From Coriobacteriales bacterium (GTDB taxonomy: Bacteria > Actinomycetota > Coriobacteriia > Coriobacteriales > CADBOM01): a stretch of 50,896 nucleotides of DNA. The notes under the pieces were generated by a model. It saw nothing but the letters and a program-made list of their open reading frames with translations, was not told the origin of the DNA and did no database searches. Where the stretch lies: positions 1-50,896 of the forward strand of contig JBMNUL010000002.1 in NCBI GenBank assembly GCA_050946255.1. Reading direction: 5' to 3'. Positions 7,972 through 17,900 of this stretch are shown in pieces (position 1 is the stretch's first letter; each line of letters begins with the position of its first letter). A program made the translations under genes and the position numbers.

Positions 7972-9651
7972 TTATTCCCCAATGGAACCGGGCGTTTCAT
8001 CCTCGAGAGATTCATCGTGGTATCCGTTTACCACGGGCCAGTTGCGGTCGTCTTTAAACGAGATGCCATCGACCCACGGCCCCATCGGTTCCACTGCACG
8101 CTTGAACTCGTTACTGGCAATCGTGCGGAGCACCTTGTTCACGGTGTCGCGGTCGAATCCCTCGTCTACTATCGCATCTGGCGTGTAATCGTATTCGAGA
8201 TAGAGAGTGCATATTCCATCGAGAATCTCATAGGGAGGAAGGGAGTCCTGGTCTTTCTGTCCCTCGTGCAGCTCTGCCGAAGGCGCCTTCTCGATGATTT
8301 CCTCCGGAATCACCTCGCTCTGCTCGTTTCTCCACCTGGCCAGCTCGTAGACCCTGGTCTTGTAGACATTGCCAATCGGCGCATATGCACCGCAAGTGTC
8401 TCCGTAGATTGTGGAGTACCCCATTGCCGCCTCGGACTTGTTGCTCGTGTTCAGCATCACCCAGCCATAGCGATTGGAGAGCGCCATCAGGCAGACAGAG
8501 CGCACCCTTGGCTGGAGGTTGTCTCTCACCGAACCCTCCACAGACCCGCCGCAAGGCTCTGCGAGGAGCTTCTCAAAGGCCTCGAACGGGCCTTCTATGG
8601 GGATGGTCACCGAGTCGATTCCCAGCAATTCCACCAGCTTCTCCGAATCCGAGACGCTCGAATCCGATGAATATCTGGCCGGCATCAGAACTCCGTGCAC
8701 CTTGTGGGGTCCCAGCGCATCCACCGCAATCGCCGCCACAACTGCCGAGTCAATGCCCCCGGAAAGACCAACTACCACGTCGGTCATCCCGCTCTTGAGC
8801 ACATAATCGCGGGTTCCCGTGACGATTGCGCCCCAATCGGCCATCTCGTCGTCGATGCCGTAATCATCCATGTGGACGGAGAATCCGAAGTCCCGGTCGT
8901 CGTCCAGCTCCTCAACGGAGACAACCCATTCCTCGTCCTCGCCCTCCAGGATGTCGATTCCCAGTAGAGCCTCGTCAAAGAGCACGGCGTCGACGCCCAT
9001 CTCCCCTTCCGGGGTCACGATGTAGCTCGCGCCAGGGTAGACCGCAGGGCCTTGAGCTCCCACGCATCCGCAGCGCAGAACCCAGGCTCCGGCGCTCTCG
9101 GCCAGCTTCTCGTTTGCGGCGATCTCGTCTCCGCTGACAAGGTCGGCGCGCTGGATATCATAGGTGTCGTCAACCAGGTTGACTATCGCATCGGCAGGGA
9201 CATCCATCTCCCCCGCCTCTAGCATCGCATCGGTTCCACCTAGCAAGACGACGAACTTCTTGCCCCCGATGGTGAAGTCCCCAACCTTGGAGTACATGTC
9301 ATCTTGGTCCTCCAAGACCGTCATGGAACCATCGCGGAACAGGCAGATCTTCTCGTCGACGAAGAGAACCGAACCTGTCTCCTCGTCGTATTCGGTGACG
9401 TATGAGGTCGTGAGAACCGGAACCTTTGCAACCTCGGCGAGCTTGTCGTGTGCCTTGTCGAGCTCTCGCAGAAACCCCTCTGAGAATTCCAACCCTCCCA
9501 GAGGACATCCAGAGATGAAGAATGGGGGCAGAATCAAAAGATCCGGGCTGCCATCGGTCTCAGATGAGTACTCCATGACCTCTTCGAGCTTGTCGAGATT
9601 CTTCCAAACCGCTCCCAGCTCGGAGTTCAGCTGCGCCATCAAAATGTTCAT
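7972..9651 (-). CDS. nadE: NAD+ synthetase with an N-terminal CN-hydrolase-like domain
   Basis: The PP-loop GLSGGIDSAVVAAIA and a C-terminal NAD synthase region (YGDTCGAYAPIGNVYKTRVYELARW) are present. An N-terminal extension of about 270 aa is nitrilase-like. The ATG directly abuts the stop of the upstream MBL gene (TAGATG). Confidence 0.85.
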   Translation of the reverse strand: MNILMAQLNSELGAVWKNLDKLEEVMEYSSETDGSPDLLILPPFFISGCPLGGLEFSEGFLRELDKAHDKLAEVAKVPVLTTSYVTEYDEETGSVLFVDEKICLFRDGSMTVLEDQDDMYSKVGDFTIGGKKFVVLLGGTDAMLEAGEMDVPADAIVNLVDDTYDIQRADLVSGDEIAANEKLAESAGAWVLRCGCVGAQGPAVYPGASYIVTPEGEMGVDAVLFDEALLGIDILEGEDEEWVVSVEELDDDRDFGFSVHMDDYGIDDEMADWGAIVTGTRDYVLKSGMTDVVVGLSGGIDSAVVAAIAVDALGPHKVHGVLMPARYSSDSSVSDSEKLVELLGIDSVTIPIEGPFEAFEKLLAEPCGGSVEGSVRDNLQPRVRSVCLMALSNRYGWVMLNTSNKSEAAMGYSTIYGDTCGAYAPIGNVYKTRVYELARWRNEQSEVIPEEIIEKAPSAELHEGQKDQDSLPPYEILDGICTLYLEYDYTPDAIVDEGFDRDTVNKVLRTIASNEFKRAVEPMGPWVDGISFKDDRNWPVVNGYHDESLEDETPGSIGE

Positions 9652-10260
9652 CTAGAGCCTCGCCATCCAAGCGCTTTCGGCACCTATTGTCGTGGGCCTG
9701 TCGTGTCCCGGGAAGACCTGGGTCTCAGGAGGGAGCTTGGAAAGCCTCTCCATCGACTTGTTCATCGCCTCTTGGTCACCACCCGGGAAATCCGTCCTTC
9801 CATGAGCGCCGAAGAAAAGAGTGTCCCCGGAAAGGAGAACCCCGTAGTCGGAGCTGTAGAGGCACATGGACCCGGCAGTATGCCCAGGAGTATGGAGCAC
9901 CTTGAACGTGAGGTCTCCCACAGTGAAATCCTGCCCGTCCTCGAGCTGCACATCGACTTTCTTGACTGGAAGATACCCGAAATAAGCAGGGTCTGGGTTC
10001 ATTTCGGGGTCCAGGATCCTATTCACCTCTCCGGAATAGGCAACGATCGGAGCGCCGGTGGCATCAACCAAATCCGGAAGGGCCCCGATGTGGTCCATGT
10101 GCCCGTGGGTAATGACGATCGCATCGGGTTTGCGACCATCCAGCATCTTCAAGATCGTGTCGGCGTCGTAGCCCGGGTCGACGATGATGCATGCGGTATC
10201 GTCGAAGACCATGTAGCAATTCGTGGCCAAGGGGCCAACCTGGCTGAGCTTGATTTCCAT
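9652..10260 (-). CDS. MBL-fold metallo-hydrolase (glyoxalase II-like)
   Basis: It has the ITHGHMDHIG (HxHxDH) motif and HTPGHTAGS. It is 202 aa, with a GAAGGAGA RBS. Confidence 0.8.
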   Translation of the reverse strand: MEIKLSQVGPLATNCYMVFDDTACIIVDPGYDADTILKMLDGRKPDAIVITHGHMDHIGALPDLVDATGAPIVAYSGEVNRILDPEMNPDPAYFGYLPVKKVDVQLEDGQDFTVGDLTFKVLHTPGHTAGSMCLYSSDYGVLLSGDTLFFGAHGRTDFPGGDQEAMNKSMERLSKLPPETQVFPGHDRPTTIGAESAWMARL

Positions 10261-10297
10261 GCCTGCTCTCCTTCTCCCAGCTGGGTAGGCCCCAGCC

Positions 10298-12592
10298 TCA
10301 GCCCTTCTTCTTCATTGAGAACTCGCCCGGCAACATTCGCCTGGCCTCGAAAGCACCCTCTATCGATTTGATAGATCGGAGAATGTTGTCGATGTGCTCG
10401 GCGCTGCTCGTCTGAACGACGAAGCGCATCTCCACTAGCCCGTCTTTGTTGGAGTTCGTGTACGCCTGGAGGATGTTCGTGCCCAAATCGCTGAGCTTGA
10501 TAGCAACATCCTGCAAGAGCCTGGTGCGGTCAACCGCCGCCACATAGAGCTCCACCGAGAAAGCGACGTTCTTATCCGAATCCCATTCGACCTCGATGAA
10601 TCTCTCAGGATGGTCTTTCAGGTCCTTGATGTTCGGGCACCCGACCCTGTGCACGGTCACGCCTCGACCGCGGGTCACGAATCCGACTATCTCATCTCCC
10701 GGAACTGGATTGCAGCAGCGCGATAGATGCACCAGCGCGTCGTCGACTCCCTTCACGATGACTCCGGAATCGTTGCGCCTCTTGCGCAGGGCCTGCTGGT
10801 TCTGCTTGGCGATGTGGCTGGTGTTAAGTTCCATTCCAGCAACTTCGTTCAGCTTGGCCTGGCTCCTTGCCTCCCTCTCCTCGGCGCTCTTCTGAAGTTC
10901 CTTGAGAAGCATGTTGGCAACCTGCTTGCCGGAGAGCTTTCCGGACCCAATGGCAGCGAACACATCGTCGGGGTCGTTGTAGTTGAGCTCGTCCGCGATC
11001 TTCTTGAGGGCCGCAACCGATCTCGAGGATGAAATCCCCAAACCGCTCTTGCGCATCTCGCGTGCCAGCACATCTCTACCGTGCAGAAGGTCGTCGCCCT
11101 TCGATGCCTTTGAAAGATAGCTTCGGATCTTCGACCTCGCGGAAGGGGTCTTCACGATGTTCAGCCAGTCTCTCGACGGGTTGGAATTCTGCTGGGTGAG
11201 GATCTCCACGCGGTCGCCACTCTGCAGCTCATATGAGAGCGGGACGATCGACCCGTTCACCTTCGCTCCCACGCAGTGATGGCCCACCTGGGTGTGAATC
11301 GCATAGGCGAAGTCGAGAGGCGTCGCGCCTGCCCTGAGGCTTATCACCTCTCCCTTCGGGGTGAACACGAAGACCTCGTTCTCGAAGAGGTCCACCTTCA
11401 GGGAGTTCATGAACTCCTTGGGGTCCTCGGTATCATCCTGCCAGTCCAGCATCTGCCTCAACCAGGTGAGTTGGGCATCGAAAGTGTCATCGTCGACCTT
11501 GTGCCCGGCGTTCTTGGCCTTGTATCTCCAATGCGCCGCCACGCCGTACTCGCTGATCCTGTGCATCTCCTTCGTGCGGATCTGCACTTCGAGGGGACGG
11601 CCCGCCGGCCCGATCACCGTAGTGTGGAGCGACTGGTACATGTTGAACTTCGGCATCGCGATGTAGTCCTTGAAACGACCAGGCATCGGGTACCACAGCG
11701 TGTGGACAACACCCAGAGACGAGTAGCAGTCCTTGACGTCATCGACGATTATTCGGAGGGCGATGAGGTCGTATATCTCTGAGAAGTCCTTCCCGCGCTG
11801 GGTCATCTTCTGGTAGATGGAGTAGAGGTGCTTGGGCCTGCCCGAGATCTTGCCATCGATGCCGACCTTGTCGAGCTCGGCCTGGAGGATGTCGATGGCC
11901 TGCGCCAGGTATTCCTCCCTTGCCTCTCTAGATTCCGCGACCATGCGGGCTATCTGCTTGTATTTCGCAGGCTCCAGATAGTAAAACGAGAGATCCTCCA
12001 GCTCCCATTTGATCGAGCTGATTCCAAGGCGGTTGGCAAGTGGGGCATAGACCTCCATGGTCTCCTTGGCCTTGAAGATTCTCCTGTCCTCCGGAAGCGC
12101 CATGAGCGTGCGCATGTTGTGGAGGCGGTCGGCGAGCTTGATGACGGTGACGCGGACGTCCTTGGACATGGCGACCATCATCTTGCGGAAGTTCTTCGAC
12201 TGGGCCTCTGTAAGGGATTCGATCTGCAAGTTCGAGATCTTGGTAACCCCATCGACCAAGGTGGCGATCTCCTCGGAGAATCCTTCTGCCACCTGCTCGC
12301 GGGTGACATCGGTGTCCTCCACGGTGTCGTGCAGGAGAGCCGCGGCAAGGCTGGGGGCATCCATGCGGATCTCGCTCAAGATGTAGGCAACTTCGGTGGG
12401 GTGGTTGATGAACGGCTCGCCCGATTTGCGTTTCTGACCGGCATGGGCTTTCTTTGCAAACTCATAGGCCCTCGAGACCAGGGCGAGATCGTCTTCGTCA
12501 AGATAGGTGGCAGCTTGCTTCATGAGCTTGGCATAGCTGTCCTCCGGCTGCTTGATCCTGTCGTCGAATTGCTTGATCGGATCGTCGTACAT
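10298..12592 (-). CDS. relA: Bifunctional (p)ppGpp synthetase/hydrolase (RelA/SpoT homologue)
   Basis: It contains an HD domain (HDTVEDT), a synthetase region (YRSLHTTV-like QSLHTTVIGP) and TGS and ACT-like C-terminal domains. The start is taken at ATG 12590-12592 (GGAGG 5 nt upstream) rather than the TTG one codon earlier. Confidence 0.93.
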   Translation of the reverse strand: MYDDPIKQFDDRIKQPEDSYAKLMKQAATYLDEDDLALVSRAYEFAKKAHAGQKRKSGEPFINHPTEVAYILSEIRMDAPSLAAALLHDTVEDTDVTREQVAEGFSEEIATLVDGVTKISNLQIESLTEAQSKNFRKMMVAMSKDVRVTVIKLADRLHNMRTLMALPEDRRIFKAKETMEVYAPLANRLGISSIKWELEDLSFYYLEPAKYKQIARMVAESREAREEYLAQAIDILQAELDKVGIDGKISGRPKHLYSIYQKMTQRGKDFSEIYDLIALRIIVDDVKDCYSSLGVVHTLWYPMPGRFKDYIAMPKFNMYQSLHTTVIGPAGRPLEVQIRTKEMHRISEYGVAAHWRYKAKNAGHKVDDDTFDAQLTWLRQMLDWQDDTEDPKEFMNSLKVDLFENEVFVFTPKGEVISLRAGATPLDFAYAIHTQVGHHCVGAKVNGSIVPLSYELQSGDRVEILTQQNSNPSRDWLNIVKTPSARSKIRSYLSKASKGDDLLHGRDVLAREMRKSGLGISSSRSVAALKKIADELNYNDPDDVFAAIGSGKLSGKQVANMLLKELQKSAEEREARSQAKLNEVAGMELNTSHIAKQNQQALRKRRNDSGVIVKGVDDALVHLSRCCNPVPGDEIVGFVTRGRGVTVHRVGCPNIKDLKDHPERFIEVEWDSDKNVAFSVELYVAAVDRTRLLQDVAIKLSDLGTNILQAYTNSNKDGLVEMRFVVQTSSAEHIDNILRSIKSIEGAFEARRMLPGEFSMKKKG

Positions 12593-12688
12593 CAATTCCT
12601 CCTGGCCACCGATATCTCATCAGTTGATGGGAGCCGACGACCTGCAACTCACAAACCGTCCGTAGGACACCAACCTCATCTAGCTCTA

Positions 12689-15600
12689 TTAGTTGTTCTG
12701 CCTCGGAATCAACGGCCTGTTGATTCCGGCAAGGAGACCTCCGGCGCTCTCGCTCATCATCCAATCGGAGAAGCCGATGAACGAATCGAATTCCTCGCAG
12801 GCCTCCTGATATCTAACGCTGGAGGAGAGGTCGACCTTGTGCACGCCATGGATGATGCTCGCACGCCTTTCGGGGCCCTCTCCCTCCAATTCAATGATCC
12901 CGAGCTCTGCAAATACTTCAAGCCCGGTCTTCACTGAAATTATCGACATTTTAGCACCCTCTTCATGGGCGTGACATGCCTCCAGCAACTCCTCTGAGCT
13001 GACAGGCCCCTGTTTCTGGATTCCCAGCGCCCTGATGCTCTTGTAGAGCAAGACCAGCTGGTCGCGCGTTGGGCAATATTGGTGCAGCACGTTGATGTTG
13101 ATGTCGCTGTCATGAGAATTGCAGACGATGTGAATCGTTGAGGGCTTGCCATCCCTGCCACCTCGACCAGCCATCTGGTTGTATGCCAGAGGGGAGAATG
13201 GCATGTGGTAGATCACGATGTGCCTGATATCCGGCACGTTGACGCCCTCGCCAAATGCCGACGTCGCGATAACCGTGGTGATCCGGCCGTCGCGGAACAT
13301 GCTCTCGATTTCGAGCCGCACGTCCCTCGACAGGCCAGCGTTGTAGAATGCGATCTTCATGGCCTGGTCGGGCAGGCGCTTTCGGAGCATGCGGGCGAGA
13401 TCGATGGTGGCCTGCCTGGAGTTGACGTATACCACGGACTTCTCTCCGCTCGAGACGATCGACGCCAGATAGGTCTCCCTGTCGACAACCCCCCTCTTGT
13501 CATCAATCCTGAGATTCTGCCTCACGGTGTCGTCGAGCACTGTCTCGGTTATTCCAAGCGAAGACCTTATCTTGTCGGCATATGGTGCGGGAGCAGTGGC
13601 GGTGACCGCCAGCCTCACCGCATCGGGGAAATACTCCCTGACGAAGTCGAGCCTCGTGTAGATTGGGCGGTTGGCATCGCTCGAAGTTGCGATGTGGTGC
13701 GCCTCGTCGACGGCTATGAATCCCACGTTTCCAGAATTGGACAAGGTCTCCTTGTGCGCGTAGAGAAACTCCGGCGTGGTGAGGAGAACGTCTATATCTC
13801 CCTTTTCCCAGAGGTCGTAGGTCTCGTCGCGGCGCTCCTTGGGGGTTTCTCCGGTGAGAACCTGGACCTTGACCCCCAGCCTGGCGAAATCGTGACCGAT
13901 GTGGAACGACTGGTCGTTTATCAGCGCCCTCAACGGGTAGATGAAGATGCTCTGCTGGCCTTTCGAGAGGGCGATCTTGGCAGCATGCACATAGAAGATC
14001 ATCGACTTGCCACGCCCAGTTGCCATGACCACCAACGTGGACTTTCCTTCCTCGAGCAGTTCGAGGGCCTGGCGCTGCGACTGGTGAAGCTTGATGTTGT
14101 GGCCTGCAAGTGCCACGGCGAGCTCGCTCGTGAGGTTGTAGCTTCCGAAGTCCTCTTCTTCCTGAGACGGGAGAATCCAAACTGCCTTCTGCGCGCTGAC
14201 CTTCTCCGTGATATTGGGAACGTGAAGGTCGGGAGTGCATATCTTCTTCTCGTCCTGGTCGTAGAGGTTGTTGATGAACTCGCAGAGAACCTTGTCGTCG
14301 TTCATCGCGTTGTCGTAGCTGGTGGCAGGCACCATGTCCTTGACTTTGAGCTTGAGCTGCCTCCTGCCCCTCCACTCCTCGATCTCGGGAGAGAACACCA
14401 GATCCACAGAAGAGCTGCAGGTCTCGTACTCCTCGGTATCGTTGCAGTGGAAGTAGATTGCGGTTGCGTCTGCCACACCGTTTGTGATTGAGAACGACAA
14501 GTGGTTCTTGTTGGTTCCAACCGCACGAGCCCTGGTTATGAAGGCCTTGGTCATGGCAAACATCGGCTCCATATTATCTTGACCATATGGCTCCATGCGC
14601 TGAAGCGACTCCACCTGGTCCATCGTTAGATCCTCGAAACCGATGATTCCGTCGATGGGGATGGAACTCACAAAAGCGTCCTCAGGGAAGTCCCGGAAGT
14701 AATTCTCCAATCTCTTCTTGAACTCTGGCAGGTCCTTTGTCTTGACCGTCACCCCGGCAGCATACTTGTGCCCACCGAATTTGACAGTGAGGTCCTTGAC
14801 CGATTCGATTGCCTCGAAGAGGTTTATCTTTCCCACGGAACGGCCCGACCCGTGAGCTTCGTCGCCATCTACCGTGAACAGGATCGTTGGCACTCCGTAC
14901 TTGTTCGCCATCCTGGACGCAACGATTCCCTTGACGCCCTCGTGCCATCCTTCTCCGACCAAAACGAGGACCCTCTCCCCGTCGTACTGGAGGGCGGCAG
15001 CCTCTTCCGCATTGTCCGTGAGCTCGAGCTCGGTCTCCCGTCTCTCGGAATTCACATCCTCCAACTCACGGGCCAATCCGGTTGCCTCAACAGGATCTTC
15101 GCAGAGGAGCAGGCGAAGTGCCAGCGTCGAGTCGGCCATGCGACCGGCTGCGTTCAATCTGGGAATCAACGAGAAGGAGAGCTTGATGGAGGTGACATCC
15201 TTCGGCTCATCGCCAGCAAGGGCCAGCGATGCCATGACCCCGGGGCGAGGGGAATTCTTTATCATGTCTATTCCGGCGGCCACAAGGGCGCGGTTCTCTC
15301 CACGAAGGGGCATGCGATCCGCAATTGTCCCAAGTGCAGCCAGGTCGATGAGTCCCTTCCATACATCCGGCTTTCCCATCTTCTCGCCGGTCCTCTGTAC
15401 GACCTTCAGGGCAACGCCAACTCCGGCGAGGCCCACGGATGGGCAATTGGGATCGAGCTTTGGATTGCACACCGGAATTCCCTCCGGCACAGAGTCCATG
15501 GGGTTGTGATGGTCCGTCACAACCACATCCACTCCGAGTGACTTGAGATAGTCGACCTCGGGGCGAGACGTGATTCCGCAATCAACCGTGATCATGAACT

Positions 15601-16051
15601 CTGGGATGAATCCAAAAAAGGGCTCTGCTTGCTCGCCATCCTCCTTGGAAAGTCCCATGATGCGGTCCACGGCCTCCACGCTGAGCCCGTATCCTTCGTC
15701 CTGCCTTCTTGGGATGAACGGGGCCGCCTCGAGCCCAAGCTGCCTAAGGCCCAGGAGCATCACGGACGTGGCGGTGATTCCATCGACATCAAAGTCTCCG
15801 AATACCACCGTTTTCTTCTGCTCTTCTATTGCCTGCGCAATGGCACAGGCAGCCTCCTCCAGACCAGGAATCTCGCCAGGGTCTGCCCAGTCGCGATCCA
15901 ACGAGGGATTTAGGAAGATCTTCGCATCTTCCACATCTGTGATTCCCCTGGCGGCAAGGGACAATGCCAAAAGTCTTGGAATTTGCAGTTCTTCTTGTAG
16001 TCTTTCAATCACCTGCGCATCGGGTGATTCGATTTTCCAGTTGCTCTTCAT
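12689..16051 (-). CDS. recJ: RecJ single-stranded-DNA exonuclease fused to a C-terminal RecQ-like superfamily 2 helicase
   Basis: Residues 1-~570 carry DHH/DHHA1 motifs (VFGDFDVDGITA, VVVTDHH, GGHKYAAG). Residues ~650-1000 carry helicase motifs: Q-motif LHQSQRQAL, Walker A MATGRGKS, PLRALINDQ, DEAHH, VTATA and QMAGRGGRDG. It is one uninterrupted 1120-aa ORF. Confidence 0.85.
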   Translation of the reverse strand: MKSNWKIESPDAQVIERLQEELQIPRLLALSLAARGITDVEDAKIFLNPSLDRDWADPGEIPGLEEAACAIAQAIEEQKKTVVFGDFDVDGITATSVMLLGLRQLGLEAAPFIPRRQDEGYGLSVEAVDRIMGLSKEDGEQAEPFFGFIPEFMITVDCGITSRPEVDYLKSLGVDVVVTDHHNPMDSVPEGIPVCNPKLDPNCPSVGLAGVGVALKVVQRTGEKMGKPDVWKGLIDLAALGTIADRMPLRGENRALVAAGIDMIKNSPRPGVMASLALAGDEPKDVTSIKLSFSLIPRLNAAGRMADSTLALRLLLCEDPVEATGLARELEDVNSERRETELELTDNAEEAAALQYDGERVLVLVGEGWHEGVKGIVASRMANKYGVPTILFTVDGDEAHGSGRSVGKINLFEAIESVKDLTVKFGGHKYAAGVTVKTKDLPEFKKRLENYFRDFPEDAFVSSIPIDGIIGFEDLTMDQVESLQRMEPYGQDNMEPMFAMTKAFITRARAVGTNKNHLSFSITNGVADATAIYFHCNDTEEYETCSSSVDLVFSPEIEEWRGRRQLKLKVKDMVPATSYDNAMNDDKVLCEFINNLYDQDEKKICTPDLHVPNITEKVSAQKAVWILPSQEEEDFGSYNLTSELAVALAGHNIKLHQSQRQALELLEEGKSTLVVMATGRGKSMIFYVHAAKIALSKGQQSIFIYPLRALINDQSFHIGHDFARLGVKVQVLTGETPKERRDETYDLWEKGDIDVLLTTPEFLYAHKETLSNSGNVGFIAVDEAHHIATSSDANRPIYTRLDFVREYFPDAVRLAVTATAPAPYADKIRSSLGITETVLDDTVRQNLRIDDKRGVVDRETYLASIVSSGEKSVVYVNSRQATIDLARMLRKRLPDQAMKIAFYNAGLSRDVRLEIESMFRDGRITTVIATSAFGEGVNVPDIRHIVIYHMPFSPLAYNQMAGRGGRDGKPSTIHIVCNSHDSDININVLHQYCPTRDQLVLLYKSIRALGIQKQGPVSSEELLEACHAHEEGAKMSIISVKTGLEVFAELGIIELEGEGPERRASIIHGVHKVDLSSSVRYQEACEEFDSFIGFSDWMMSESAGGLLAGINRPLIPRQNN

Positions 16052-16268
16052 GCTAAAAACGCCGATCTATCATTTATATTTTTCGAGAAATATTATCGCA
16101 GACAAGCCGGACAATAATAAAAATATTTCACGTCTAACTTCTAAAGAAGCAAGAAATAGCCGCGAATTTCAACAGGTATCCAGATTTTGTGGAAGCACTA
16201 ACGATATTAGCATTTGCATAAGGGAATTTCAGAATCGTGATGCAAAAACAAAATGAGCTGATATAGCG

Positions 16269-16296
16269 GAAGGGCCAACCCGTGGGCTGGCCCTTC
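16269..16296 (-). terminator. Candidate terminator hairpin downstream of rplT
   Basis: A 12-bp stem (one mismatch) gaagggccaacc/ggctggcccttc closes a 4-nt loop. On the minus strand a T-rich run (CATTTTGTTTTTGC) follows, but only after about 14 nt. Confidence 0.4.
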
Positions 16297-16414
16297 AGGA
16301 TTCAAAATATGCTAGAGCTGCCAAATTGGTCCAAAGCCTCTTCGGCGAAGCCCAGCGCCGAGCTTCCCAATCGGAGTCGGGAATCAGAGCACATGGCAGC
16401 ATGAAGACCCAAAG

Positions 16415-16771
16415 CTAGGCAATGGCCTTCTTGGAGACCTCGCAGAGAGCGGCAAACGCATCGGGGTCGTTCACCGCCATGTCGGCGAGAACCTTGCGGT
16501 CGAGCTCGACACCGGCGACCTTCAGCCCATGCATGAACACGGAATAGGACATGCCGTTGATGCGGGCGGCAGCATTGATGCGGGTGATCCAGAGACGGCG
16601 GATGTCACGCTTCTTGTTCCTGCGGTCCCTGTATGCATACTGCAGTGAATGCTGCACCTGCTCCTTGGCTGCACGGTAAGACCTGGATTTCGCACCATAG
16701 TAGCCCTTCGCACGCTCTAGGGTCTTACGGCGCTTCTTACGGGCTGCAACTGAACGCTTTACGCGGGGCAT
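16415..16771 (-). CDS. rplT: 50S ribosomal protein L20
   Basis: The sequence [39 protein letters not shown]... is typical of L20. A GGAGTG RBS is present. Confidence 0.95.
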   Translation of the reverse strand: MPRVKRSVAARKKRRKTLERAKGYYGAKSRSYRAAKEQVQHSLQYAYRDRRNKKRDIRRLWITRINAAARINGMSYSVFMHGLKVAGVELDRKVLADMAVNDPDAFAALCEVSKKAIA

Positions 16772-16832
16772 ATCAAATCACTCCTATAAACTCAATTTCG
16801 GATAAAGATGTGCGCGAGATGCGCGTAGATGT

Positions 16833-17030
16833 CTAGCGAAGACCTAGGCTGCGCTTTAGAACCTTCTCGTCGGACTTGGCGACGACGGTCTCCTTGCGCA
16901 TGTTCCTCTTGCGTTTCGGGGTCTTCTTCTCAAGGATGTGGCTGCGATAGCCCTTGGCCCTGACGAGCTTGCCAGTGCCAGTGGTGCGAATGCGCTTGGC
17001 AGTTCCCCTATGGGTCTTCATTTTCGGCAT
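16833..17030 (-). CDS. rpmI: 50S ribosomal protein L35
   Basis: The sequence [36 protein letters not shown] is typical of L35. It lies between infC and rplT. Confidence 0.95.
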   Translation of the reverse strand: MPKMKTHRGTAKRIRTTGTGKLVRAKGYRSHILEKKTPKRKRNMRKETVVAKSDEKVLKRSLGLR

Positions 17031-17110
17031 GGTTGTCTCCTATCTTCTCTACACGCTACATAACCCGCCTTGCTTAGTGCAGGCAGGGTGGAATCGTCTG
17101 TTGTCTCCGC

Positions 17111-17704
17111 TTACTCTTCTCCGTCGGAATCGTTGCCGTCGTCGGAATCGTTGTCCGCAGGAGCCTGCTTCTTTGACTTCTTCGATCCGCTCTTGCGAAG
17201 TGGGCCGAACATCATGTGCATGTTGCGTCCCTCGAGCTTTGGCTTGCTCTCGACAACTGCCACGTCCTTGAGGTCCTCGGTGAGCTGGTCAAGAATATTG
17301 AGCCCCTGCTCTGGATGGGCCATCTCCCTGCCGCGGAACATGATGGTCACCTTGACCTTGGCCCCGCTTTCCAGGAAGCGGATGATGTGCTTCTTCTTGG
17401 TCTCGTAGTCACCAGCTCCGATTTTGGGGCGGAACTTCATCTCCTTGACCTCGAGCTTGGCCTGTTTCTTGCGGGCCTGCTTGGCCTTGACCTCTTGGTC
17501 GTACTTGTACTTGCCGTAATCCATCACACGGCAAACTGGAGGATCGGCGTTTGGGGCAATCTCCACCAAATCGAAACCCTGGTCTTTGGCAATGCGGAGC
17601 GCGTCACTGGTGCTGTAAATTCCGAGCTGCGATCCGTCAAGACCAATCAACCGGCATTTCGGCGTTCTGATCTCCCCGTTTATTCTCGTCTCCTGTGCGC
17701 TAAT
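17111..17704 (-). CDS. infC: Translation initiation factor IF-3 (non-canonical ATT start)
   Basis: IF-3 homology begins at ISAQETRINGEIRTPKCRLIG and includes PPVCRVMDYGKYKY and FRGREMAH. The best start is ATT (complement of 17702-17704), 9 nt after GGAGGTG. The 337-aa track ORF merely stays open upstream. The C-terminal tail KSGSKKSKKQAPADNDSDDGNDSDGEE is an extension. Confidence 0.88.
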   Translation of the reverse strand: MSAQETRINGEIRTPKCRLIGLDGSQLGIYSTSDALRIAKDQGFDLVEIAPNADPPVCRVMDYGKYKYDQEVKAKQARKKQAKLEVKEMKFRPKIGAGDYETKKKHIIRFLESGAKVKVTIMFRGREMAHPEQGLNILDQLTEDLKDVAVVESKPKLEGRNMHMMFGPLRKSGSKKSKKQAPADNDSDDGNDSDGEE

Positions 17705-17741
17705 ATCTATGCACCTCCGGCAACAAATCCACGCATTTTTT

Positions 17742-17777
17742 CCAAACAAAAACGCCTCCAAGTGCTGATTGGAGGCG
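17742..17777 (-). terminator. Intrinsic terminator inside the infC leader (candidate attenuator)
   Basis: The minus-strand RNA reads CGCCUCCAA-UCAGCAC-UUGGAGGCG followed by UUUUUGUUUGG. That is a perfect 9-bp stem plus a U-tract, ending about 25 nt before the infC RBS. Confidence 0.7.
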
Positions 17778-17900
17778 AACATGGCGCACCCACTGCGGGA
17801 AATGCGGATATTTGCGACCAGACAGCAACCTTTGATAAGGCGCCGCAAGGTGGGGATCTCTCCCTCTTGCGCGTCGGTTTCTCGCGAAATCGACTTTGTT

